From positions 2,720,001-2,784,000 of the forward strand of contig CBDCXL010000002.1 of the NCBI GenBank assembly GCA_965223795.1: a stretch of 64,000 bases of DNA. The letters are read 5' to 3'. Made by a program: the position numbers and the translations under genes. This DNA comes from Nitrospinales bacterium (lineage in GTDB: Bacteria; Nitrospinota; Nitrospinia; Nitrospinales; VA-1). Shown here in pieces: positions 30,381 to 41,114 of this stretch; positions within the stretch are counted from its first letter, which is position 1, and each line of letters starts with the position of its first letter. Under the pieces are notes generated by a model. The model was not told where the DNA came from. It worked only from the letters and a program-made list of their open reading frames with translations, and did not search any database.

Positions 30381-31481
30381 TCAACCTCTATCTTTATGCG
30401 CTGCGGAGAAACAATCTTCCATGACTTCCAGACAGCGGTCGATTTCTTCATGAGTGATGTCGCCCATATTGGCGATGCGGAAAATCCGCTCGCTGAGCGC
30501 GCCCTGACCGGCGTAAATCACAAAACCTGCTTTTTTGAGCTGCCCGTGCAGCGTCGAATAGGTCATGCCTTCCGGCAGGCGGAGCGCGGTGAGTCCGTTG
30601 GACCGCTGCTCCGGCGCGATGAGAATGTCCAGGCCCATCGCTTCAAACCCCCTGCGGAACCGGTGCGCGGCGTTTTTGTAGCGCTCGATCCGTGAGGACA
30701 CCGTTTCCTCGATCAGCTCGTTCAAGGCTTCCTCGAACGCGTAGTGGATCTGCACCGAAGGCGTGAACAGCGTGTCGCCGGCTTCCTGCGCGCCGTGGTG
30801 TTTCACCAGATTGAAATACACCGAACGCGCGGGAATCTGCGCCAGGCGGCACAGGTCTTTTTTGCGGAACAGCACGAACGAAACGCCGGGCAGACCCTGG
30901 ATGCATTTGTTGGCGGTGCCGGCGGCAAAGTCGATGCTCAAGGCGGAAAAATCGATCGCATCGCCGGCGAGACTGCTGATGCAGTCGACGAGCAGTTTCT
31001 TCTCGTATTTTTCTGCGAGCGCGCTCACTTCTTTTAAGGGGTTCAGCAGCCCGGTGGTGGTTTCGTGGTGGACCATCGCCACCACCTCGATATCGGGATG
31101 GGCCTTGAGCGCTTGTTCGACGTCGCCGAGGCGGACGGTCTCCCCCCAGGCGTGCTTCACCGTGTGGCGCGGCAGCTCGTAGGTGTCGGCCATGGTGCCG
31201 ATGCGTTCGCCGTAGACGCCGTTTTCGATGACCAGCATCGACCGGTCCGGTTTCAGGCAGCAGGACACGGCCATTTCCAGGGCTGCGGTTCCGGATCCCG
31301 ATATCAGTACAGCCGTGTATTCCGTTTCGATGCCGAACGCCCGGATGAGCTTTTCGCGGATCGATCCCATGAGTTGGGAAAACTCTTCTTCCCGGTGGCA
31401 GAGGTCGGCTTTAAGCAGGGCTTTTCGAACCCTTTCGGTGACGTTGACCGGACCCGGATTCAACAAAACGGTGCGCTGCAT
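30381..31481 (-). CDS. Class V PLP aminotransferase, 2-aminoethylphosphonate transaminase-like
   Basis: LLNPGP, GSGTAALE, NGVYGER, VHHETTTGLLN, DCISS, TANKCIQGLPG (PLP Lys), FTP.VQ and GFVIYAGQG. Confidence 0.85.
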   Translation of the reverse strand: MQRTVLLNPGPVNVTERVRKALLKADLCHREEEFSQLMGSIREKLIRAFGIETEYTAVLISGSGTAALEMAVSCCLKPDRSMLVIENGVYGERIGTMADTYELPRHTVKHAWGETVRLGDVEQALKAHPDIEVVAMVHHETTTGLLNPLKEVSALAEKYEKKLLVDCISSLAGDAIDFSALSIDFAAGTANKCIQGLPGVSFVLFRKKDLCRLAQIPARSVYFNLVKHHGAQEAGDTLFTPSVQIHYAFEEALNELIEETVSSRIERYKNAAHRFRRGFEAMGLDILIAPEQRSNGLTALRLPEGMTYSTLHGQLKKAGFVIYAGQGALSERIFRIANMGDITHEEIDRCLEVMEDCFSAAHKDRG

Positions 31482-31668
31482 ATTCGATGCGATTTCCAAA
31501 TGTAAATTTTCTGGCCTGGAGGATTGAGGCTCAGTCTAACGCCACGGTCGAAAATAGGCAAAAGAAATTGAACTTCCCTGCGTAAAAAAATCGGGCCCGA
31601 TTTTCAGGCCAGTGGCGGAAACCCGCTTACTGATTGAAAACGGGGAAAATCCTGTTTAAACTCAAATC

Positions 31669-32424
31669 ATGCGCTCATTGCTTTTCTTCATGCTATTGGC
31701 GGTGGCGGTGCCCGCGATGCCTACCGAAGCGCCGGCGGCGGATTCCCGTTTCACCATTCCCATTGTCAAGTACCGGGGCGGCAATCCCAATCCGCGTCCG
31801 CAGGCGCTTCGGAGCCTGCTCGCGCAACTGGCGCGCCGCACTTCGGTGGAGATCAACCGCGAACCGTTAGAGATCACGCTCACCGATCCGGACCTGTACC
31901 GTTATCCGTTTCTTTACCTCTCGGGAAACGCGGCCTTCGAGCCGTTCACCGATGAGGAGCTTAAAATTCTCAGGCACTATCTTGGATTCGGAGGTTTTCT
32001 CCTGATCGACGACAATTCCTCGAAAGCCAACTCGGAGTTCGACGGCTCGGTGCGCCGGATGATCGAGCGTCTGTTTCCGAAGATCCCGCTGCAGAAAATC
32101 CCGCGGGACCATTCGATCTTCCGCTCCTTTTACCTGATCAACCGGGTGGTGGGGCGCGTGGTGCTCAACCCGTACCTGGAGGGGATTTCGGTGAAAGGGC
32201 GGACGGTGCTGGTCTACTGCGCCAACGATCTGGGCGGGGCCTGGGCGCGGGACAAGCTGGGGCACTGGAATTACGACATCATCGCCGGCGGTTCGGCTCA
32301 GCGGCAGGGCAGCATCCGGCTGGCGGTCAACATCGTGATGTACGCCCTCACGCTCGATTATAAAAAGGACATGGTGCATCTGCCGATCATTCTCGAGCGC
32401 CTGCGCCGGTACAACGCGCGATGA
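31669..32424 (+). CDS. DUF4159 family exported protein
   Basis: Signal peptide; YPFLYLSG, LRHYL..GGFLLIDD, H.IFRSFY and VNIVMYALT.DYK.D.VH. Confidence 0.82.
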   Translation: MRSLLFFMLLAVAVPAMPTEAPAADSRFTIPIVKYRGGNPNPRPQALRSLLAQLARRTSVEINREPLEITLTDPDLYRYPFLYLSGNAAFEPFTDEELKILRHYLGFGGFLLIDDNSSKANSEFDGSVRRMIERLFPKIPLQKIPRDHSIFRSFYLINRVVGRVVLNPYLEGISVKGRTVLVYCANDLGGAWARDKLGHWNYDIIAGGSAQRQGSIRLAVNIVMYALTLDYKKDMVHLPIILERLRRYNAR

Positions 32425-34721
32425 ATTTCATAAAGGAACAGTTCGGCCTTTCCGGATACAACCAGTGGGAGGTCCACTGGGGCCCCGATCAGGCGATGTG
32501 GATCCTCATCGTTTTGGGGTTGGTGGTTCCTGTGGCGCTGTGGTTTTTCTGGACCAGCCTCAGGCGCATCCGCTCCCTGTTCAAACGGTGCTTTTTGTTC
32601 GCGCTGCGGGTGACCGCGTTCGCGCTGCTCATTCTGCTTCTATTGCAGCCGCAGCTGCAGTTCCACCAGAGCGAGACTCAGAAAAACTCCGTCGCCGTTC
32701 TTCTGGACAACAGCAAAAGCATGTCCATCCAGACGTTTCCCTCGGAAACGCCGCGCATCGACGCGGTGCGGAAAACCCTCGAGGCGAACCGGGAATTTCT
32801 CGATTCCCTGAACAACGATTTTCAGGTGGACACCTACCTGGTTTCGGACCGGCTGGAAGCCTGGCCGGGCGTAGGCGACCTGTCCGGCTATCATCCGCGG
32901 GCGCCCAACACCGACCTGGGGCAGGTGCTCAAGGAGCTGACCCGGCAGTACCAGGAAAAATCGCTCAAGAGCCTGCTGCTGTTTTCCGACGGCGCCGATC
33001 TCACGCAGGCGGAAGAGGCCATCTCCGGCGAGCTGATGCAGACGCTGGCCGCGTTCGAGGCGCCGATCCACACGTTCCAGGCGGGCAGCAACGACGCGTT
33101 CAAGGATCTTGCCATCGACACGCTGGACACGGCGGACTTCGGCTTCGTGCACCAGCCGATCCGCGTCGCGGTGACCCTGTCCGCCTCGGCGATGGGCGAC
33201 AAGAACGTTCCGCTGGTGCTCAAGGAAGACAACAACATCCTGGTGTCGAAGGTGGTCGAGCTGCGCGGCGACCGGCGCGACTACCAGGTGGAAATGGAAT
33301 TCACGCCGCGGGAGCTGGGAAAAAGGGTGTACACCCTGTCGGTGCCGCTGTTCGCGGGCGAGTCGATCCAGAGCAACAACCGCAGGAGTTTTCAGGTCAA
33401 CGTCATCCGCGACCGCATCCGCGTGCTGCATCTCAACGGGCGGCCCTCCTGGGACTCGCGTTTTCTGCGCGAGGTGCTGGTGAACAATCCCAAGGTGGAC
33501 CTGCTGTCGTTTTTCATCCTGCGCACGCTGGGGGACGACGTGGCGGCCTCGACGACGGAACTCAGCCTGATCCCGTTTCCCTCCAACCTGCTGTTCAGCG
33601 ATTATCTGAATTCGTTCGATCTCATCATCTTTCAGAACTTCCGCTTCGAATCGTTCATCGACAAGAAGCTGCTGAGCAACCTCAAGAAATACGTGCAGGA
33701 AGGCGGATCGTTCATGATGATCGGCGGCGAGCTGTCGTTCGCCGGCGGCGGCTACAAGCGCACGCCCATCGAGGACATCCTGCCGGTCAATCTCAGGGAC
33801 AACGCCCCCATGTACCTGTATGAAGACTTCAAGCCGCAGTTGACACGGGACCTGATCCGGCATCCCATTCTGCGCCTCGAAAAAGACGCCGCCGCCAATC
33901 GCAAAATCTGGAAGTCGCTGCCCACGCTCAACGGGGTGAACCTGGGGCTGGTGCCGAAACCGGGATCGCATGTGCTGGCGAGCTTCAACAAGTCCGGCCC
34001 GTCGCCGGCGTCGCATCCGCTTTTGGTGGCGCAGCGCATGGGCAAAGGCAGGAGCCTCGTCCTCGCCACCGATTCTTCCTGGAACTGGAACTTCCTCAGA
34101 GTGGGGGAGGGCGGCAGCGGGCGCTACTACCAGAGGCTGTGGAACAACCTTCTGGCCTGGCTCACGGGCGATTCGGAAACCCAGCTTCTGCAGCTGGAGA
34201 CCGACCGGGAGCGCTACCGGGAGGAGGAGCCGGTGTTCCTCAAGTTCAAGGTCCTCAAGGAGAACTACCAGCCGGCGGCGGAGCATCCGGTGACGCTGAC
34301 GATCACCACGGTCTCCGGCGAGTCGAAGACGCACGACCTTGCGACCGACGGCAATGGGGACGGCGGGTTTCAGTATGTCCCGGTGCAGGAGGGATTCTAC
34401 ACGGCGCGCGCGGAAACCAAGCTGAAGGACCGCACCCTGAAAAAGGAGCTGCGCTTCGGCGTGTTCGCCGAAACGGCGGAGTTCGACCGGCCGCGGGTCA
34501 ACGAGTGGCTGCTCAAAAAGATCGCCGCGGTCACCGGCGGCGTCCACACGGTGCTGGATGCGAACACCGATCTGAGCGCTCTCAAGTTCGACAATCCCGA
34601 ATTCCGCGTGAAAACCCGCAGCAAGACCCTGTCGCTGTGGGACAACTGGTGGTCCTATGGGCTGATCCTGGGATTTCTCATGCTAGACTGGTGGATCCGC
34701 AGAAAATCCGGCCTGAGCTGA
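32421..34721 (+). CDS. Membrane protein with vWA (MIDAS) and class-I GATase-like domains
   Basis: Two N-terminal TMs, DNSKSM / TDLG / FSDG MIDAS residues, GGSFMMIGG..SF..GGY...PIE.ILPV, and C-terminal WWIRRKSGL; ATGA overlap with DUF4159. Confidence 0.82.
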   Translation: MNFIKEQFGLSGYNQWEVHWGPDQAMWILIVLGLVVPVALWFFWTSLRRIRSLFKRCFLFALRVTAFALLILLLLQPQLQFHQSETQKNSVAVLLDNSKSMSIQTFPSETPRIDAVRKTLEANREFLDSLNNDFQVDTYLVSDRLEAWPGVGDLSGYHPRAPNTDLGQVLKELTRQYQEKSLKSLLLFSDGADLTQAEEAISGELMQTLAAFEAPIHTFQAGSNDAFKDLAIDTLDTADFGFVHQPIRVAVTLSASAMGDKNVPLVLKEDNNILVSKVVELRGDRRDYQVEMEFTPRELGKRVYTLSVPLFAGESIQSNNRRSFQVNVIRDRIRVLHLNGRPSWDSRFLREVLVNNPKVDLLSFFILRTLGDDVAASTTELSLIPFPSNLLFSDYLNSFDLIIFQNFRFESFIDKKLLSNLKKYVQEGGSFMMIGGELSFAGGGYKRTPIEDILPVNLRDNAPMYLYEDFKPQLTRDLIRHPILRLEKDAAANRKIWKSLPTLNGVNLGLVPKPGSHVLASFNKSGPSPASHPLLVAQRMGKGRSLVLATDSSWNWNFLRVGEGGSGRYYQRLWNNLLAWLTGDSETQLLQLETDRERYREEEPVFLKFKVLKENYQPAAEHPVTLTITTVSGESKTHDLATDGNGDGGFQYVPVQEGFYTARAETKLKDRTLKKELRFGVFAETAEFDRPRVNEWLLKKIAAVTGGVHTVLDANTDLSALKFDNPEFRVKTRSKTLSLWDNWWSYGLILGFLMLDWWIRRKSGLS

Positions 34722-34847
34722 CCCGGCGGCCTGTGCCGGACCGTATTGATGATTGTGAAAACGTTTGAATTCAGGTAAGATCGATCCCGTATCCGATATT
34801 TTTCCTCTGTACTTGCGGTTCTTTCCCGTATCGACCCACCGAGTCTC

Positions 34848-36188
34848 ATGCCCAAATCCTCAAAAACCGTTCCCAACATACGCCACTGGGTGCAGGACCG
34901 CATGGCGTTTCTGGCGCTGGTCATCTTCCTGCTCGGCGCGGGCGCCTACATCGCCACGGACATGCTGTTTCCGCCGAAAAGCATCTGGATGCACCCGGTC
35001 AAGGAGTTTTCACTGCTGATCGCGCTGATCGGCATCGTGTCGTTCGGCTACGAGGTGTTCCTCAGGGAGCTGACCTTCCGTGAATACAAAGAGGCGCTGG
35101 AGGAGATCGTCAACCCGGACGCAGTGCGGCTGGGGATTCAGGGCATTTATAAGAACCGCTCGGAACTGGGCCAGGCGTTTTCGTTCGACAGCCTGTTCAA
35201 AAACGTCAAGCACGAGATCTTCATCGGCGGCACGTCGCTGCTTTCCATCTCCACCTCGACGCGCGAGCTGCTCAAGGAGCGCATCCTGCACGGCGTCAAC
35301 GTGAAGCTTTTGCTCATGGACCCGAACTCCCCGGTGGTGGAGCTGATCACCAAGCAGGGCGGCGGCAAGTCCACCTTTCTGAACGAGATCAAAACCTCGC
35401 TTCTGCTGTTGCAGAAGCTGCAGGATGAAATCGAAGCGGCCGGATCGCACCATAAAAAAGGCAAGCTGATCGTGCACACGTACGACAGCATTCCGTCGCA
35501 TTCGTTCATTTCGGTGGACGCCAGCGACCCCAACGGCATGATCATCGCCGACATCGGGCCGTATCTGGGGCGCTCGACGCCGCGACCGAGCATGTCGGTG
35601 GTGAAGAAGAAGAACGGCATGTACGACTACTGGGTCGGCATGAACGACCTGATGTGGCAGAACAGCCATCCGGTGGACATGAAAACCGGCGATCCGCTGG
35701 TCGCGAAAACGCGGACTCTGGTGTTCACCAGCGGCCCGGCGGAGACCCAGTACTACGATGCGCAGAGCGACAACTGGCAAAACGCCTCGATCTGCCAGAT
35801 GGACGACGACTGGCGCTCGATGAAGGGCAGCCAGTGGGTCTGGGTGCGCAGCATGCCCACACTGGAAGAGGCGCGGACGGGAAGCCAGAACCGGTTCCGG
35901 CTGCCGTTCACCCTGCCGGTGCAGAAAAAAGAGGACATCCTGAGGGGGGAGTTGTTTCTGCGTTCGGACGACACCTGCCGCATCACCGTCAACGATGTCG
36001 GGCTGCAGCAGGAATTCAACGGCGCCGGGTATCCCGACCCGTTTCTCATCGACATCGGCAGTTACCTGGTGCCCGGCGAGAACACGCTCTCCTTCGAGCT
36101 GACCCAGTTCGCCCAGCCGGACGCCGAACAGCCGGAGGACAACCGCACCGGCCTGATCTACCGGCTGCACCTGGAATACCGCGAGTGA
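34848..36188 (+). CDS. 2TM protein with a DUF5919/PLD-fold-like middle domain and a C-terminal galactose-binding-like jelly-roll domain
   Basis: Two TM helices; EIFIGGTSL...GVNVKLLLMDPNSP; C-terminal WVW...LRSDD...ITVND...YLVPGENTL...N.TGL. Confidence 0.6.
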   Translation: MPKSSKTVPNIRHWVQDRMAFLALVIFLLGAGAYIATDMLFPPKSIWMHPVKEFSLLIALIGIVSFGYEVFLRELTFREYKEALEEIVNPDAVRLGIQGIYKNRSELGQAFSFDSLFKNVKHEIFIGGTSLLSISTSTRELLKERILHGVNVKLLLMDPNSPVVELITKQGGGKSTFLNEIKTSLLLLQKLQDEIEAAGSHHKKGKLIVHTYDSIPSHSFISVDASDPNGMIIADIGPYLGRSTPRPSMSVVKKKNGMYDYWVGMNDLMWQNSHPVDMKTGDPLVAKTRTLVFTSGPAETQYYDAQSDNWQNASICQMDDDWRSMKGSQWVWVRSMPTLEEARTGSQNRFRLPFTLPVQKKEDILRGELFLRSDDTCRITVNDVGLQQEFNGAGYPDPFLIDIGSYLVPGENTLSFELTQFAQPDAEQPEDNRTGLIYRLHLEYRE

Positions 36189-36459
36189 CCGTCCTCGTTT
36201 CTGCCCGCCTTGGCGCCGTTATTGTTTTATGATTTTGAGTCGCAAGCGGCCGCCACATCCGGATGGAATGGCTTTAGGTCTGCTTTCATCCCTGCTTTTT
36301 GCGTGACCCGGCATGCGATGGAATCCGCACCGGGTGCGGTCCCGGTCTGGACGGGGGAACCCGCAAACTCCCTCCGGCCGGGGAAGGGCGTTGAAATTCA
36401 TAATTTTAGCGATCCGCCAAACGCCGCGCAAAGCGGGTTTATCCCTTTCAAATCAAACA

Positions 36460-36487
36460 TTGACAGGGTTAAGAAGGCTGATATAAT
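36460..36487 (+). promoter_or_regulatory. Consensus sigma70 promoter of the nuo operon
   Basis: TTGACA-16 nt-TATAAT with a TGn extended -10, about 170 nt upstream of nuoA. Confidence 0.8.
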
Positions 36488-36655
36488 CGCCACTTTCATT
36501 CGATCCACCCCTTTCTCCGCACCGGCGGGCTCACGATGCTACCATGGAGACTGCGGGGAATCGGGGCGGCCGGTCTGATAACAACCTCAGTCCGGTTTTG
36601 GCCGGTACGGGCCCATGCCCTGGATGACGATGACACGCGGTGTGACGGGAATTCC

Positions 36656-36999
36656 ATGACCGAGTATTTTTTCATATTGGTGTTTGCCGGGGTGGCCCTT
36701 GTGGTGGTGGCGGGCTGTCTGATCCTGTCCACGATTCTGGGACCGAGGAACCCGACGCCGCAAAAATTGATCCCCTATGAGTGTGGTATAATTCCTACAG
36801 AAGAGGCCAAGGGACGCTTTCCGGTCCGTTTCGCCACCATCGCTATGCTCTTTATCATTTTTGATATCGAGGTGGTGTTCATGTACCCCTGGGCGGTGGC
36901 GCTCGATGAACTGGCCCTGTTCGGCCTGATCGAGATGCTGGTCTTTATTTTCATTTTAGGGATCGCCTACGTTTACATCTGGGGGCGGGGAGGTCTGGA

Positions 37000-37009
<10 letters not shown>
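36656..37009 (+). CDS. nuoA: NADH-quinone oxidoreductase subunit A
   Basis: [21 protein letters not shown] and GGLEWD; start trimmed to MTEYFF. Confidence 0.96.
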
Positions 37010-37580
<571 letters not shown>

Positions 37581-37584
<4 letters not shown>

Positions 37585-38111
37585 CCCCGGAAGAGGTCAT
37601 CGAGACCGCGTCGCAGGCTCTGGGCGACAAGCTGCAGAAAGGCGAGGTCCATCTGGGCGATGCGCTGCTGTTCGTGGGACCGGAAGCCCTGCATGAAGTG
37701 GCTGAGTACCTGAAGACCGACCCGGCCATGCGGTTCGAATACCTGTCCGACATCCGCGGCGTCGATTACCTCGACCAGGACCGGGACCCCCGGTTCGAAG
37801 CGGTCTACGAACTGCAATCCTTCGAGCACAACCAGTCCGTCCGCATCCGCGTCGGCCTGGAAGAAGAAAATCCCTCCGTTCCCACGGTCTCCGATCTGTG
37901 GAAAGGCGCGCTGTTTCCCGAACGCGAACTGTTCGACATGTTCGGCTTCGACATTCCCGGCCATCCCAATCTCAAGCGCCTGATCATGCCGGAAGAGTGG
38001 GAAGGCCATCCGCTGCGAAAAGATTATCCCCTGACCATTGAGGATGTGGCGTTCTCCCACAACCGGGAGTACAAATCCGAACTGGTCAAATCCAAACCCG
38101 AGACCCGATAG
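37581..38111 (+). CDS. nuoC: NADH-quinone oxidoreductase subunit C
   Basis: [18 protein letters not shown] and GHPLRKDYP; true start is the ATGA overlap at 37581. Confidence 0.96.
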
Positions 38112-38120
38112 AACGAAGTC

Positions 38121-39320
38121 ATGAGCGTCACCGAACAAGGCCTGCTGGAGCGCGATAAAGACACAATGACCCTGAACATGGGTCCGTCGCATCCCAGCAC
38201 GCACGGGGTGTTCCGGGTGGTGCTGGAAATGGACGGCGAGGTGGTCAAGACCGCCGACCCGGAAATCGGTTACCTGCACACCGGCATCGAGAAGACTTCC
38301 GAGAACAAGCGCTACGTTCACGTCATCCCCATGACCGACCGGCTGGATTATCTCAACCCGCCGGGCAACAATCTCGCGTTCTGCCTCACCACCGAAAAGC
38401 TGCTGGAGTGCGACATCCCGTTGCGGGCGCAGTATCTGCGCGTGATCATGTGCGAGCTGGCGCGCATCGGCAGCCACCTGGTCTGGCTGGCGACGCACGC
38501 TCTGGACATCGGCGCGATGACGGTGTTTCTCTACTGCTGGCGCGAACGGGAGATGATCCTCGATCTCAACGAGGAAGTGTCCGGCGTGCGCATGATGACG
38601 AGCTACATCCGGGTGGGTGGGGTCATGAAGGACGCGACGCCGCAGTGGCTGAACAACGTGCGCAAGTTCATCGACTATTTCCCGGCCAAGATCGACGAAT
38701 ACGAACGGCTTTTGACCAAAAACCCCATCTGGCTCGACCGCACTCAGGGGATCGGCGCCATGACGCGGGAAGAGGCGCTCGACTGGAGCCTGAGCGGCCC
38801 GGCGCTGCGCGCTTCCGGGGTGAATTTCGATTTCCGCAAGCAGCGGCCGTACTGCAGCTACGGCGATTTCAAGTTCGACGTGCCGGTGGGAAAAGACGGC
38901 GATGTGTACGAGCGTTACCTGTTGCGGGTCGAGGAGCTTAGGCAGAGCCGCCGGATCATCATGCAGGCGCTCGACAATCTGCCGGAAGGGCCTTACAAGG
39001 CGGAGGACAACAAAGTGTCGCTGCCGGACCGCGACACGCTGCACACCAGCATGGAGGCGTTGATCCACCATTTCAAACTGGTGTCCGAAGGCGTCAGCGT
39101 TCCCAAGGGAGAAACCTACGTGCCGACGGAAGGGCCGCGCGGGGAAGTCGGGTTTTACATCGTGAGCGACGGCAGCAACACGCCGTACCGCGTCAAACTG
39201 CGCGCGCCGTCGTTCATCGCGATCCCCGGCATGTGCAAGATGATGGAACGGGCCTACATCGCGGATGTGGTGGCGGTGATCGGCAGCATCGATATCGTGA
39301 TGGGGGAAGTGGACCGCTGA
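38121..39320 (+). CDS. nuoD: NADH-quinone oxidoreductase subunit D
   Basis: NMGPSHPSTHGVFR, GYLH.G.EK, DRLDY and DIVMGEVDR. Confidence 0.98.
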   Translation: MSVTEQGLLERDKDTMTLNMGPSHPSTHGVFRVVLEMDGEVVKTADPEIGYLHTGIEKTSENKRYVHVIPMTDRLDYLNPPGNNLAFCLTTEKLLECDIPLRAQYLRVIMCELARIGSHLVWLATHALDIGAMTVFLYCWREREMILDLNEEVSGVRMMTSYIRVGGVMKDATPQWLNNVRKFIDYFPAKIDEYERLLTKNPIWLDRTQGIGAMTREEALDWSLSGPALRASGVNFDFRKQRPYCSYGDFKFDVPVGKDGDVYERYLLRVEELRQSRRIIMQALDNLPEGPYKAEDNKVSLPDRDTLHTSMEALIHHFKLVSEGVSVPKGETYVPTEGPRGEVGFYIVSDGSNTPYRVKLRAPSFIAIPGMCKMMERAYIADVVAVIGSIDIVMGEVDR

Positions 39321-39790
39321 TGTTTGCGTTTTCAAAAGACAACGAAGTCAAAATCGAAACGATCCTGAAAAAGTATCCGACGAAGCAGTCGGCATTGCTG
39401 CCGCTTTTGACGCTGACGCAACGGCAGGAACGTTACGTGAGCCCCGAGGCGATGAAGGAAATCGCCCGCAGGCTGGACGTTTCCCCCGGCTACGTGCAGT
39501 CGGTGGCGTCGTTTTACACGATGTATTCGTTCAAGCCGGTGGGCAGGTACGTGATCCTGTTCTGCATCAACATCAGCTGCCAGCTCAACGGCTGCGACGC
39601 GCTTTTGGCGCACACGGCGAAAAAGCTCAACATCCAGCCGGGGGAGACGACGGCGGATCAGAAATTCACGCTCAAACGGGAAGAATGCCTGGCGGCCTGC
39701 GCCGGAGCGCCGATGATGCGGATCAACGACACGTTTTACGAAAACCTGACGGAAAAGAGGATCGACGAGATCCTCGATTCTCTGGATTGA
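39320..39790 (+). CDS. nuoE: NADH-quinone oxidoreductase subunit E
   Basis: VASFYTMY, CINISC and CLAAC (2Fe-2S); start at the TGATG overlap. Confidence 0.96.
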   Translation: MFAFSKDNEVKIETILKKYPTKQSALLPLLTLTQRQERYVSPEAMKEIARRLDVSPGYVQSVASFYTMYSFKPVGRYVILFCINISCQLNGCDALLAHTAKKLNIQPGETTADQKFTLKREECLAACAGAPMMRINDTFYENLTEKRIDEILDSLD

Positions 39791-39800
39791 GGCGGCCGGG

Positions 39801-41063
39801 ATGACCCAGATCCTGTTCAAGAACATCGACACGAAGGACCTCCACAAGATCGAGGTCTATGAAAAGCAGGGCGGCTACCAGAGCCTCAAAAAAGCCTTCG
39901 CCAAAAAGCCCGAGGAGATCGTCGAGATGGTCAAGGCTTCGGGCCTGCGGGGCCGCGGCGGCGCCGGATTCCCGACCGGGCTCAAGTGGAGCTTTCTCGC
40001 CAAGGACGTGTTCCCGCGCTATTTGTGCTGCAACGCGGACGAGAGCGAGCCGGGCACCTGCAAGGACCGCGAGCTGTTGCTGAAATCCCCGCACCTGCTG
40101 ATCGAGGGGATGATCCTCTGCTCCTACGCCTGCCGCATCGAGACGGCCTACAATTACCTGCGCGGCGAGTTTTACGACCTGTGCGAGATTTTCGAAGTGG
40201 CGCTGGAGGAAGCCTACAAGAAGGGCTACCTGGGAAAAAATATTCTGGGCTCCGGGTTCAACCTGGACATCCACACGCATCTCGGAGCGGGCGCTTACAT
40301 CTGCGGCGAGGAATCGGCGCTGCTCAACTCGCTCGAAGGACGGCGCGGCGAACCGCGCATGAAGCCGCCGTTTCCGGCGGTGGAGGGGCTCTACGGCAAG
40401 CCGACCGTCATCAACAACGTGGAAACGCTGTGCGTGGTGCCCTACATCGTCAACGAAGGCGCGGAAAAGCACGCCGCGCTGGGAACGGAAAAGAGCAAGG
40501 GCACGAAACTGGTCAGCGTGTCGGGGCACGTCAAGAAACCGGGCAATTACGAAGTGGTCCTGGGCACGCCGACGCGCGAGATCATCTACGGCATGGCGGG
40601 CGGCATCCGCGACGACAACCAGCTCAAGGCGTTCATTCCCGGCGGCTCGTCGGTGCCCATGCTGCCGGCGGACCTGGTGGACACGCCCTACGATTACGAA
40701 TCGATCCAGGCGGCGGGTTCCATGCTGGGATCGGGCGCGCTGATCGTGATCGATCACACGGTGAACGTGGTCGAGTCGGCGCTGCGGCTGGTGAGCTTTT
40801 ACATGCACGAATCCTGTGGCAAGTGCACACCGTGCCGCGAGGGCACGCGCTGGATGTGGCAGATCCTGAACCAGATCCAGACCCGCAACGGCGCGGAAAA
40901 ACAGGTCGCGGAGCTTGAGGACATCTGCGACAACATCAGCTTCAAATGCTTCTGCCCTCTGGGCGATGCGGCGGTGGCGCCCGTCGCCAGCTCGATCAAG
41001 AATTTCCGCGCGGATTATGAGGATCTGTTAGGCCGGGTCGCCGCTTCGCAGCAGGCGGGCTGA
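39801..41063 (+). CDS. nuoF: NADH-quinone oxidoreductase subunit F
   Basis: GLRGRGGAGFPTGLKW, NADESEPG, GAGAYICGEES and ESCGKCTPCREG. Confidence 0.98.
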   Translation: MTQILFKNIDTKDLHKIEVYEKQGGYQSLKKAFAKKPEEIVEMVKASGLRGRGGAGFPTGLKWSFLAKDVFPRYLCCNADESEPGTCKDRELLLKSPHLLIEGMILCSYACRIETAYNYLRGEFYDLCEIFEVALEEAYKKGYLGKNILGSGFNLDIHTHLGAGAYICGEESALLNSLEGRRGEPRMKPPFPAVEGLYGKPTVINNVETLCVVPYIVNEGAEKHAALGTEKSKGTKLVSVSGHVKKPGNYEVVLGTPTREIIYGMAGGIRDDNQLKAFIPGGSSVPMLPADLVDTPYDYESIQAAGSMLGSGALIVIDHTVNVVESALRLVSFYMHESCGKCTPCREGTRWMWQILNQIQTRNGAEKQVAELEDICDNISFKCFCPLGDAAVAPVASSIKNFRADYEDLLGRVAASQQAG

Positions 41064-41114
41064 TTCGAATCCAACGGCAATCGGGAATCCGGGAAGGTTT
41101 CCCAGGAGTTTTTA

